Origin: Nitrosopumilales archaeon | Lineage (GTDB): Archaea > Thermoproteota > Nitrososphaeria > Nitrososphaerales > Nitrososphaeraceae | DNA: 43,857 bases | Direction of reading: 5' to 3' | NCBI GenBank assembly: GCA_044507735.1 | Contig: JBIQJB010000019.1 | Location: 1 to 43,857, forward strand | Part shown: one piece after another, positions 12,901 through 21,519 of the stretch | Position numbering within the stretch: the first letter of the stretch is position 1 | Layout: each line of letters begins with the position of its first letter | Notes under the pieces: generated by a model | Seen by the model: the letters and a program-made list of their open reading frames with translations, nothing else | Database searches by the model: none | Told to the model about the DNA's origin: nothing | Position numbers and translations under genes: made by a program

Positions 12901-14901
12901 ATGCAAGACCCGCTTGAGCGTCCGGCTACTGCATACATGCACAGAGAGTTTGTCATGCTGGACGAGAATGTCAATGTCGCGTATGCCGTGGGTGAGATGC
13001 AGGCCCGCCACGCTGAAACGATAATAGTAACAAGAAACGGCGTGCCGATAGGGATCGTCACAGACAGCGACATCCTCGACAAGGTTGTGATGAGAGGCGA
13101 AGATTCTGACAATGTATACCTCAAGTCGATAATGACCTCTCCCATAATCACGCTCTCTTCGAGAGGAAACGTCGAGCAGGCCCTGCAGCTCATGAGGATA
13201 AACCAGGTCAAGCGCATACCGATTACCGACAACGTCACAATCATAGGGATGGTTACGCAGAGGGCCCTTGCCGATGCCGTGAGAAATGCGGTCATTGAGA
13301 CCACATTTCGAAGCTACCGCGCTGCCGTCCGGGAACACTACAAGCCGATTCTTGGAAACCTCGGATTCATACTCCAGTTTGCAGGCATATTGATGATCGC
13401 ACCCACATATCTCGGGACCGCGCTTGGAGAGAACGTCAGTGCCACCGGGATATTTCTGGCTGCAGTCCATCTGCTTGGGGCCGGCTTTGTGCTGAACGCG
13501 TATGGCGAAAAGAGGCCTCTCAGCCTGAAGCAGGCCTCGATCCTGGTGATATCCAGCTTTTTGGCGTTGAGCCTGTTTGGGTCCATTCCATACATCTATG
13601 TCAACCCGTTCAGAGATGGTATTGACCCGCTGTCGCTATTTGTCAACAGCTTTTTTGAGAGCGCTTCTGGATTTACCACGACCGGCCTCTCAATGATAGC
13701 CAGGCCCGAAAACCTCACCGATACCATGGTGTTTTACCGTTCATACACTCAGTGGGTGGGAGGGCTCAGTTTCGTCTATCTCGTGATGATGCTCTTTTAC
13801 CCGGAGCGAAAGCTCAGCGCCATGAAAAGCGTGCTTGGCGCCGGCATGCTCAGGTTCAAGCAGCTGCTGGTCACCGTGGGCGTGATATTTACAGCATACA
13901 CTGTTGGTCTGGTGCTGTTCCTGGTCCTCGTGGGCCATACGCCTGACATCTATGCTGTTTCAATTATCTTCAGCTCAGTGACTGGCGGAGGCTTTGTCCC
14001 GGCGTCTGACATCCTAGCCACGGGTCAGGTGCAGGTCATGTCTGCGCTGATAGTGGGAATGGTGATCTCTGCCCTTCCCTTTGCATTTCACTACTCACTG
14101 TTCAGCAAGCAGGCCCGGACAAAGAGGCTCACCTCCGAGGTTATCACTTATGGCATCATCATGGCTGCATCAATCCCACTCTTTACTTTCCTTTCAGGGG
14201 CGAGTTGGACCACGGGCAGCGGCTGGTTCTCTTCAATCTTTCACATAGTGAGTGCATCAACAAATTCGGGCTATCAGTTTGTTGATGTCAGGAGCCTTGG
14301 ACTTGACGCCAAGATCGTTCTAATAGTCCTCATGTTCGTGGGCGGAACCGCATTCTCTACTGCAGGCGGGATCAAGGTTGCCAGAATTCTCGTGCTATTC
14401 CAGCGCCTGTTCAAAAAGGAGGCCACCACTGACACGCCATCCTCGATCTCAATCCTTTCGAATCCTCAAAAGCAATCATCATCATTGGGCAGGGCCGGCT
14501 CGCGCAATAGAAAAGAGCAAGAGCAGCTGCGCAAGGAGAACGGCATGGTGGTGACTGACAAACAAGTCGAGGATCCATCCGCTGACCACATTGAAGGCGA
14601 ATTGCCCAAAAGAATGTCGTTGTTCTCCGACAGGCTGATCAGGGAATCTGCAGTCGTCATATTGTCATTTGTCACAATCTCTATAGCAACGGGCCTCGTT
14701 CTTGCCTACCTGACAGCAAGCAGTATCGAAAACGGCATCTTTGAGGCAGTATCTACGCTAACAACAACAGGGTTGACCACTGGCATAACATCCGTGGACC
14801 TTGACATATTTTCAAAACTGCTGCTTGCCACAAACATGATCGTTGGCAGATTTGAAATAATTGCAGTGCTCTACATCTTTTTTGAGGCACTCAGAAGATG
14901 A
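12901..14901 (+). CDS. trkH: CBS-domain / TrkH-family potassium uptake protein fusion
   Basis: N-terminal CBS pair (GIVTDSDI, GMVTQRAL) then TrkH pore loops SGFTTTG, TGGGF, TNSGY, TTTGL and STAGGIK. Confidence 0.88.
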   Translation: MQDPLERPATAYMHREFVMLDENVNVAYAVGEMQARHAETIIVTRNGVPIGIVTDSDILDKVVMRGEDSDNVYLKSIMTSPIITLSSRGNVEQALQLMRINQVKRIPITDNVTIIGMVTQRALADAVRNAVIETTFRSYRAAVREHYKPILGNLGFILQFAGILMIAPTYLGTALGENVSATGIFLAAVHLLGAGFVLNAYGEKRPLSLKQASILVISSFLALSLFGSIPYIYVNPFRDGIDPLSLFVNSFFESASGFTTTGLSMIARPENLTDTMVFYRSYTQWVGGLSFVYLVMMLFYPERKLSAMKSVLGAGMLRFKQLLVTVGVIFTAYTVGLVLFLVLVGHTPDIYAVSIIFSSVTGGGFVPASDILATGQVQVMSALIVGMVISALPFAFHYSLFSKQARTKRLTSEVITYGIIMAASIPLFTFLSGASWTTGSGWFSSIFHIVSASTNSGYQFVDVRSLGLDAKIVLIVLMFVGGTAFSTAGGIKVARILVLFQRLFKKEATTDTPSSISILSNPQKQSSSLGRAGSRNRKEQEQLRKENGMVVTDKQVEDPSADHIEGELPKRMSLFSDRLIRESAVVILSFVTISIATGLVLAYLTASSIENGIFEAVSTLTTTGLTTGITSVDLDIFSKLLLATNMIVGRFEIIAVLYIFFEALRR

Positions 14902-15033
14902 TAAGAAATCATCATCCGGTTTTTTGCCCGTGATCGATTGAAGAGAAGAGGAGTTGCTCAAAGAGATTTTTGCTGTTACAGCCAACTGCAGAAATGTTTG
15001 GAATCAAGAACCGATGAAACAAAAAAGAAAAGG

Positions 15034-15951
15034 TTAGGGGTCAATCTCCCTGACGCTGAACCACTTAAAGTCAACGTCATCTGCGTCGTCCCACCTGAAG
15101 GTCACAATTGGCCCGCCCCATGTAACTATTTGATCGTCGTCTCCGCCGCACTTGTTGTCAGAGTCAGCCTTCCATCCGCCGTCGTCCAGGTACTCGTTGA
15201 CTTTCTTCCAGCCACGCCCATTGCCGTCATTGTCTATCCACAGCTCTTGCTTCACGGCGGTTGAACCGTCGGACTTTTCTACATTGTAGATTACACTCTT
15301 TATGCCGACCCACCTTCCCTCCAGGTCGTCAGTGGAGCCTTCCTTTCTGTTTGCTACTGCATACCCGTCATTGTGCCACAACTCCTTTACCGAGGCGGTG
15401 TTTCCGTTATAGTATATCCTTGGTTTGACGCCGGTTCCTTCGCATTCCTGATCCTCACCGTTAGGTGCCTCGTCGTGTGTGTGGCGACCACTCCTTGCAT
15501 ACCAACTAAAGTAGGCGTTTGAGTCGTAGTCATTCAGCTTGACATAGCCGGTGATTTCCACGTTCTTCCAGTCGTTTCGATCCTGCATGTATCCTCTGGA
15601 GGCAAGGACATCCTGATCATATGTCTCGATCTCTTCTGGATCATATCCGCTCTTTGTGAAGACGTTCATGCGGATTTGATCATCTTTTACCTTCCATGAA
15701 CCATCCTTGTTTTTCTTGATCTTGTCCTTGGTAGTGAATCTGTCCTCATCGACGTTTGGGTCCTTCATATTCATGAACCATTCGTCGCCTCCTTTCTTGG
15801 TAGGATACAGCTCTACCACTCCGAATTTGTCTCTGTCAGCAGCAGCATCTGCGGTATAGGATGTTGGAGGAAACACCAACGAAGCCGCAGCAAGTACTGC
15901 CATCGCTGACAGTGCAAGGATTGTTGTTGTTTTCGCTTGCATTTCGCGCAA
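15034..15951 (-). CDS. Secreted Trp/Asp-rich beta-sandwich protein, putative carbohydrate-binding
   Basis: Signal peptide, many Trp, two Cys, motifs WKNVEITGYVK and WGGPIVTFRWD; function is inferred. Confidence 0.7.
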   Translation of the reverse strand: MREMQAKTTTILALSAMAVLAAASLVFPPTSYTADAAADRDKFGVVELYPTKKGGDEWFMNMKDPNVDEDRFTTKDKIKKNKDGSWKVKDDQIRMNVFTKSGYDPEEIETYDQDVLASRGYMQDRNDWKNVEITGYVKLNDYDSNAYFSWYARSGRHTHDEAPNGEDQECEGTGVKPRIYYNGNTASVKELWHNDGYAVANRKEGSTDDLEGRWVGIKSVIYNVEKSDGSTAVKQELWIDNDGNGRGWKKVNEYLDDGGWKADSDNKCGGDDDQIVTWGGPIVTFRWDDADDVDFKWFSVREIDP

Positions 15952-16378
15952 AGCCTTGCGGGTAGCATAAAGGCAATCCGGAACAATTTTTTACAGCTTA
16001 GAAAGAAGAGATCTAGATCTATATCAAGAAAGCAGTGTTTTTGATTTATGTCTTATACAGGATTAGCAATTTCCGTTTTAGTATCTTATATCATAACAAG
16101 CGTCAGATTTTCTAGATTTTTCGAGAATGCGCCTCATGCCGGCTAGGAAACCTTGCGCCATGTGATCGGCAGGTTAGAATTGCAAACAAAAAAAGGCCGC
16201 CAAAAATAGACAAATGTTGAAGAAATCAGACACGAAAAGCGATGCAACAAAGTACTGATAGTATAATATTGTAGAATCTCTCTTTATGCTTCTGGCTGCC
16301 GACATCAGGTCGGGGCAGGCCGGTGGCAGCTGCTAGGGCCTTCTAGCTAGAACATCATAAAATTTCCTAGCTTGCTTT

Positions 16379-17365
16379 TCAGCAGGAGCAAGGACAATCA
16401 ACCTTGATGATCCGTTCCTTCATCTTGTCCAAAACATTCGCCAACACAGTATTGGCTATCCTCTTTCCTAGCAACCTCTCAAGAGTCTCTGCAAAGAGCG
16501 ATGGCCGCCTGATAACTGTCTCTTCATCCATGCGATAGACAAGCTTCATAGTCTTGATTACCAGATTGCATGTACCCCTTCCCAAAATGTCGTCTATGGA
16601 TTGTCTTAACAATTGCTGCATATGGCTAGAGTACAATGGTTGCATGACGAGCGGTTCTTCTTCTCCGCCTCCTCCTTCTTTCTCGGCGCTTCCAATCTTG
16701 TTATCGTGGCTAAACAGAATGGAGGTTAGCATGGGCATTGATGGTATCCGAGTGATGGCAGAAGCATTAAAGCAGCAAATGCATTCAACGGTAGTAGTTG
16801 TTGCGGAAGAAAATAAGGCAAATTCAGATGACTTTGCTGCTGACGCTGTCGATGGTGATGGGGATGGCGACGGTGACAGTGCATTCCTCTTAACACATTC
16901 GTAATCAACTAGACCATTATAGTTGCCTTTATCCGTAAATGGCTTGCAGGTATCGACAATCAACACCTGTCTGTATTTTTTCTTCTGCTTTTTCCTGACC
17001 TCTGACTGCCACCATTTGATCAGGTTTCTGCTATCCAGACCTTTGCTATCATTACCATTGTAAGGAGCGTCGTACTTCATGATTGTCAGCGCTCCGTTCT
17101 TTACAAAAGTTTCAACGTCGATGTTGGTTGCCCTTGAAAAATTGTTCAGAGTCTCTTCAGGCGGTAGGTCTTCTGCAGCGTATAGCACAGCACCGCCGGA
17201 TGCCAGGTATCTTGCGACTGCCCGGTATGCTGCAGAGTAATTGGGTTTGCATCCTTCTTCTGCACCTACTACGCATAGAGAATGATTTAGAGACATTTTC
17301 CTGTTTTTCTCTTCATCTGAATATTTGGCGAGTTTATTACTCTTGTGTAGGGTAATTTCCGTCAA
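16379..17365 (-). CDS. MEDS-like domain plus NitrOD5/DUF3227-like domain, paralogue of 9025-9960
   Basis: Shares AYR.V..YL, LYAAE, GALT, .YE, CICCF and ILGRGTCNLVIKTMKLVYR...FAETLERLLG with the 9025 protein. Confidence 0.72.
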   Translation of the reverse strand: MTEITLHKSNKLAKYSDEEKNRKMSLNHSLCVVGAEEGCKPNYSAAYRAVARYLASGGAVLYAAEDLPPEETLNNFSRATNIDVETFVKNGALTIMKYDAPYNGNDSKGLDSRNLIKWWQSEVRKKQKKKYRQVLIVDTCKPFTDKGNYNGLVDYECVKRNALSPSPSPSPSTASAAKSSEFALFSSATTTTVECICCFNASAITRIPSMPMLTSILFSHDNKIGSAEKEGGGGEEEPLVMQPLYSSHMQQLLRQSIDDILGRGTCNLVIKTMKLVYRMDEETVIRRPSLFAETLERLLGKRIANTVLANVLDKMKERIIKVDCPCSC

Positions 17366-17724
17366 AACACCTATTGTATTTGAAATATTATACCGGTATG
17401 AGGTAAAATAACGTCATTGTCTCTTTTTCTGGCCACGTCAGGCTGTGGAAGCAATCGGGATTATTGCGCGGACATGGTGGCCAGCCGCATGCTCCATTAT
17501 TCTACAGCTTTAGACTATATTATTTGGAGGTATGAATTATCCATCGATTTTTTTCATTATTTCCGTTTCGACAGGATGCCACGATTTGCGGGCGTTGTTT
17601 CATTTGATTGGAAAATACTTGCAGCTCTATGCAGAGCTAGCGCTTTGTCGTAGAGATTGCGACTACAATTTCTGATGCAGGAAAAGGCAGCCACATGTTA
17701 TATTCCGACAACGATTCCAATTCC

Positions 17725-17898
17725 TCATAAAGTCTTCTTGCAGGCTTCGCATTCATTGCTATTTTCTACTACAATAGCCCTTGGGGGATTCTTTCTCTTG
17801 CCCTTACCTTCCCGCTGCCTGTATTTGATTGCGTGTTCAAAACATAGCTTTTTGACCTGGTTATTTTCAGAAGTCATAATGCGTTTCCCCCCACCCAT
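17725..17898 (-). CDS. 57-aa basic putative zinc-binding microprotein (not in ORF track)
   Basis: MGGGKRIMTSENNQVKKLCFEHAIKYRQREGKGKRKNPPRAIVVENSNECEACKKTL: CxxH...CxxC; starts 4 nt after the upstream stop (alternative ATG 17877). Confidence 0.55.
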   Translation of the reverse strand: MGGGKRIMTSENNQVKKLCFEHAIKYRQREGKGKRKNPPRAIVVENSNECEACKKTL

Positions 17899-17902
17899 CT
17901 CG

Positions 17903-18058
17903 TTAGACTTGAGGGTGCGTCAGCTTTTGCCAGCAATCTAGGCAATATTCTCCGCTTAGCTGGAATAGCTCCGCTGTCTCCTTGAGGCACATGTCGCAAA
18001 TTTCATCCCCGGTACCGCTTCTGGGAACCTGTTCTTGTTGCTGAACACCGACAACCAT
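17903..18058 (-). CDS. 51-aa C4 zinc-finger microprotein (not in ORF track)
   Basis: MVVGVQQQEQVPRSGTGDEICDMCLKETAELFQLSGEYCLDCWQKLTHPQV: CxxC-x14-CxxC. Confidence 0.7.
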   Translation of the reverse strand: MVVGVQQQEQVPRSGTGDEICDMCLKETAELFQLSGEYCLDCWQKLTHPQV

Positions 18059-18526
18059 GCTGCTGCTGGTAATATGACATCGACCGGGCTCTCACTATCT
18101 GGCCGGCAGCTAAAAACGTTGTGCCACTAGATCACAGCAGAGCCTATATCAACTTCAATTTCAAAATTGGCGGATAATTCGAGTATAGCGCTAACCAATT
18201 CTTGTTTCTTGAATATCCCGTAAAATATTTTGGTCAACAGAAGGCGAATGGTGCATACTGTCGATCGTGACGTGCGCCGGTGAAAAATGAGTCTTAAATT
18301 TCAAGAAGCGTTTTGAGCAATCAGCAAGAATCGTTCATAAAATCTTTAACACATGCCACCATAGGATTCCCGGACAGCCATCAGAACCACGTCTAGCGAG
18401 GCCAGGATTGACCAAGTTCATATCTCGGGGTTATCACCATGTCTTGGAAGACCCTTTGGTTGATCGTTGCTGACACACCTTCAACCTAGGCATGGTGGTG
18501 ATCCCATTCCTTTTAATCAGCCCATA

Positions 18527-18727
18527 ATGAAGACCTTGGAAGACAAAAAAAAGCTGCTCACTCGTCTTTTTGAGGTGGGATTCATTTGCGCGCCTTGTCA
18601 TTACAGTCATGTGCGGAGACTGCATGTACATTATGATTGCCCGAAAATAGAAGGGACAGAAAAGGCCCTCCCGTCAGACGATAATAGCAAAGTTTCACTC
18701 GAGAGAACAGAAAGGATCTATTCTTAA
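18527..18727 (+). CDS. Small hypothetical protein with CxxC/His cluster
   Basis: MKTLEDKKKLL...ICAPCHYSHVRRLHVHYDCPK; weak support. Confidence 0.4.
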   Translation: MKTLEDKKKLLTRLFEVGFICAPCHYSHVRRLHVHYDCPKIEGTEKALPSDDNSKVSLERTERIYS

Positions 18728-18775
18728 CGAGACGAAAATAAACAAAAAATCTGGAAATTAGATACTGATGTCCTT

Positions 18776-18952
18776 TCAGTCGGACTTTAGGGGCACCTTT
18801 ACCCTATTCCATCTTGCATCTACTGCCAGTATGGCCCTTTCTCTGCGCCCGCTCAACTTGCTTCTTATTCCGTCAACCGCTATGGAGGCAATCAGGCCCA
18901 GAAGTATTACGCTTCCAGCAGTTATTGAAACAAGTTCTATCAAATCCACCAT
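18776..18952 (-). CDS. Single-TM microprotein
   Basis: MVDLIELVSITAGSVILLGLIASIAVDGIRSKL...: hydrophobic helix then basic tail; tandem with 18986-19153. Confidence 0.55.
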   Translation of the reverse strand: MVDLIELVSITAGSVILLGLIASIAVDGIRSKLSGRRERAILAVDARWNRVKVPLKSD

Positions 18953-18985
18953 CTTTCCACGCACCACCGCACGTTCATTTTCGCA

Positions 18986-19153
18986 CTAAGCTGCCTTGGG
19001 CGATGCTCCGCCAGCAACTGAGGCTGTTCTGGGACTGTCCCTTTTACCAAGCCTGTAAGCCATCCTCCATGACAGTTCAAGTGCTAGCAGTGTTGGTACA
19101 AATCCAAGGGCGATTAGTCCTGCTGAGTATAATGCATTAGTTATTTGGTCCAT
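18986..19153 (-). CDS. 55-aa single-TM microprotein (not in ORF track)
   Basis: MDQITNALYSAGLIALGFVPTLLALELSWRMAYRLGKRDSPRTASVAGGASPKAA. Confidence 0.6.
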   Translation of the reverse strand: MDQITNALYSAGLIALGFVPTLLALELSWRMAYRLGKRDSPRTASVAGGASPKAA

Positions 19154-19525
19154 TGGTTCTTATCACCACTCTTGAGTTGTCAGGGAAAGAAGATTAACCG
19201 TACTAAGGTTGCGTTTTGATGTTTTCGTTTGATGCAAAAGGACTCAGCTACGATTACGTCTAGTATAAGATACCTTTGAAGAATCAAAAGCTAATTTTAC
19301 TGCAAGAAGCGAATATTATTTTCATCGACCGCTGGATTGAAGCAGCAGCCTTGGAAAAAGTGCGGCTCCGTTGCGTGCACGGGTTTTCAATCTTGCCGAG
19401 CAAGGGTTGGTGTTAAGCAGGTCACCAATGTGTTTCCGAATTGATTTGATCCACCGAATCAAAATGCATACCCCGTATAAGCGATTTCGACCTTCTGTAC
19501 ACCATGCGAAGGTGGACACGGTGGA

Positions 19526-20173
19526 ATGAAAACCGGAACCGAACAACGGGATTCTGATGACGACGAGTCTGTGGAAAGAATCGCCATCAACAGCAATAAC
19601 AATAACTCCCTACTACCACCCGTCGCACTATCCTTTGTTGCAAAGCCTTCTCCGCCAGCAAGCTTGAACAATCTTGAGGAGGCAGGCAGAATCCGGTTAA
19701 CCGTGCATTTTGAACAACAACATCAACAATATCAGCAAGATGAAGGGGCGGCTGAGATGCCAGTCAAGCGCGTGAGTGCAAAAATTACGAACAATACAAG
19801 GTCAAAGTCCGCCGCAATTTCCATGCCAGCGATGACGGAAACATCATCCCATGGTGCTAGCAGCAATGATGAAGAATCTGTCATGGCACACTCTTATTCT
19901 GCAGCAGAACTTGTACAAAAGGGACTGGACACATGGTATGGCGAAATCGCGATTCCCTGCAATTGGTTTGAAGGCGGCAGCAAGACCTATGAACGAACAG
20001 GCTCATTCACCCCCTACTATGACGACAATTTGTTCACAATGACCATAAGCTGGTTGGTGCCTTTTCCCAGGGACAACCGCACAGACGAAGAAGGCAAGAG
20101 ATCTGTGGTGGAGCTGCATTCAACAGACGCTTTTCACTGGGAGCAGCAACAGGAGGCGTTGCTGCCATCATGA
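19526..20173 (+). CDS. Hypothetical protein with low-complexity insertions
   Basis: 215-aa ORF with poly-N/Q tracts and an aromatic-rich C-terminal part; no recognised motif. Confidence 0.5.
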   Translation: MKTGTEQRDSDDDESVERIAINSNNNNSLLPPVALSFVAKPSPPASLNNLEEAGRIRLTVHFEQQHQQYQQDEGAAEMPVKRVSAKITNNTRSKSAAISMPAMTETSSHGASSNDEESVMAHSYSAAELVQKGLDTWYGEIAIPCNWFEGGSKTYERTGSFTPYYDDNLFTMTISWLVPFPRDNRTDEEGKRSVVELHSTDAFHWEQQQEALLPS

Positions 20174-20639
20174 TCCGCTGTCGACTGAATATTCCGTCTT
20201 CTTCCACGTTGGCCTACCAAAACCTCTGTGATAGTGAATGGCAATAATGGTGTGGCACTAATACCATGATTTGCTGAATCTTTTCTGATTTCTTGTAGCC
20301 AAACTCTGTTCTTTGCAGAAATTGATATGCATTTGATGGGAAAACAGTGCCAAAGTTATCCATATTGCCTTTAATATTGTTCGAGGCAATTGTGTTCTTG
20401 GCGGGTCCATGACCTGCCGCTGACGTCAGTCAAAAAAAGCCTGGACCCTCACTTTATTCTGTCTGAACCTGTGAGGAGGGTCTGGGCTTTCCTCACTAGA
20501 CAACAGAAAAAAGCACCGTTCACATCCATGTTTGCCATTGCATCACGCCTTGCTGGTTCGCAAGTCAACCCTAGCTACTTCCAGAGTCTGATGATGACGC
20601 AAACAACAAACGCATTCTTGGTTTCAAAATTGTTATTTA

Positions 20640-20862
20640 CCAAAATTGCGATATGGGGTTCGTGGAAGGTAGCTCCCTGGAAATGCCGATTCTTGAAGTA
20701 CTCTCGCCTATGCTCTCCGAGCCAGCCTAACCCCATATCGCTTTCAATATATCGGAGGAGCTACCCCTGTGGCCAGACTCTTGGTGTAATAGATAAGACA
20801 AAAGCACAATAATCTTCTTCAACTCGGGTTTTGATTGTTCAGAAGCGCCGCTGATTAATACG
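20640..20862 (-). ncRNA. Candidate structured ncRNA, family 1 copy 1 (pseudoknotted)
   Basis: Homologous to 37310-37530; 13-bp inverted repeat 20648-20660/20729-20741, invariant 20-mer 20673-20692, two further helices with compensatory changes; G-U pairs favour the minus strand. Ends approximate. Confidence 0.65.
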
Positions 20863-20954
20863 AGACCAATTTTTCAAAATGCTTGATCGCAATCGAAATC
20901 CCCGCATACATCAACTATCATAGAGCCACCACAGTGCGCCCAATAGCCTCTCCT

Positions 20955-21124
20955 TGCTGCTACAATGCCTTTTTGGAATCTACATGTGCGTGCATATCGG
21001 CGTTCCACAGGTGGCAGCGTCGCCAGCGATTCTGACAATCCTCTCCGGGGAATATTGCGACCACTTACCTGCAGGACATGTCTGGTGGCGTTACCGCCGC
21101 TGTCGCCGCCCCACCACTTTTTTT
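20955..21124 (+). ncRNA. Candidate structured ncRNA, family 2 copy A
   Basis: Homologous to 25564-25725 (23/25 identity at 21074-21098); long hairpin with conserved UCUAC/CGGCG internal loop; 3' hairpin followed by a T-tract. Confidence 0.55.
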
Positions 21125-21519
21125 CACAAACATCTTTGGCTTTGCAAGCGCTGCCGGCGCAGAGCAATTTCATGTCGAATCATGGCGATATCGCGTGCGT
21201 AAGCTGTATAGATTTCTGATACCAAGCTGATAGCAGTGGAAATTCTGTGTTTGCGATGTAGACGTATCAATTATTTACTTTCTCTGATAATCAGATTGCG
21301 GGTGTGTGTGAATCCCGCACAGCATGGGTCTCCGGCCTTGTTCATCCCATGCCGGCAGCCACTGCAATCGGCCCATGCTGTGCTACCAGCTACTATCTCT
21401 CGCTTGCCGGTGATTGCATTGTATACACAATGATTATTATCTGAAATATGCTCGATTGACGCGCCAAGGATGAAAGCGTGAAAGGCGACGTCCATAAAAA
21501 GGAAGGTAAGACCAGAGGT

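Noticed and set aside
13344-13355. GCCGATTCTTG match to the family-1 core inside the CBS-TrkH gene
   Set aside because: Short match without flanking helices; compatible with chance.
20648-20741. 13-bp inverted repeats read as MITE ends or retron a1/a2 arms
   Set aside because: No target-site duplication, homology extends well beyond the arms, and no transposase or reverse transcriptase is in the window. Not excluded genome-wide.
20390-20812. 140-aa plus-strand ORF (and 37291-37563) overlapping family 1
   Set aside because: The copies differ by a non-triplet indel (36 vs 47 nt) and the translations do not align overall.
20874-21219. Overlapping ORFs across family 2, sharing SGGNAT with 25540-25731
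   Set aside because: Similarity is at the DNA level and a 1-nt indel breaks frame conservation.
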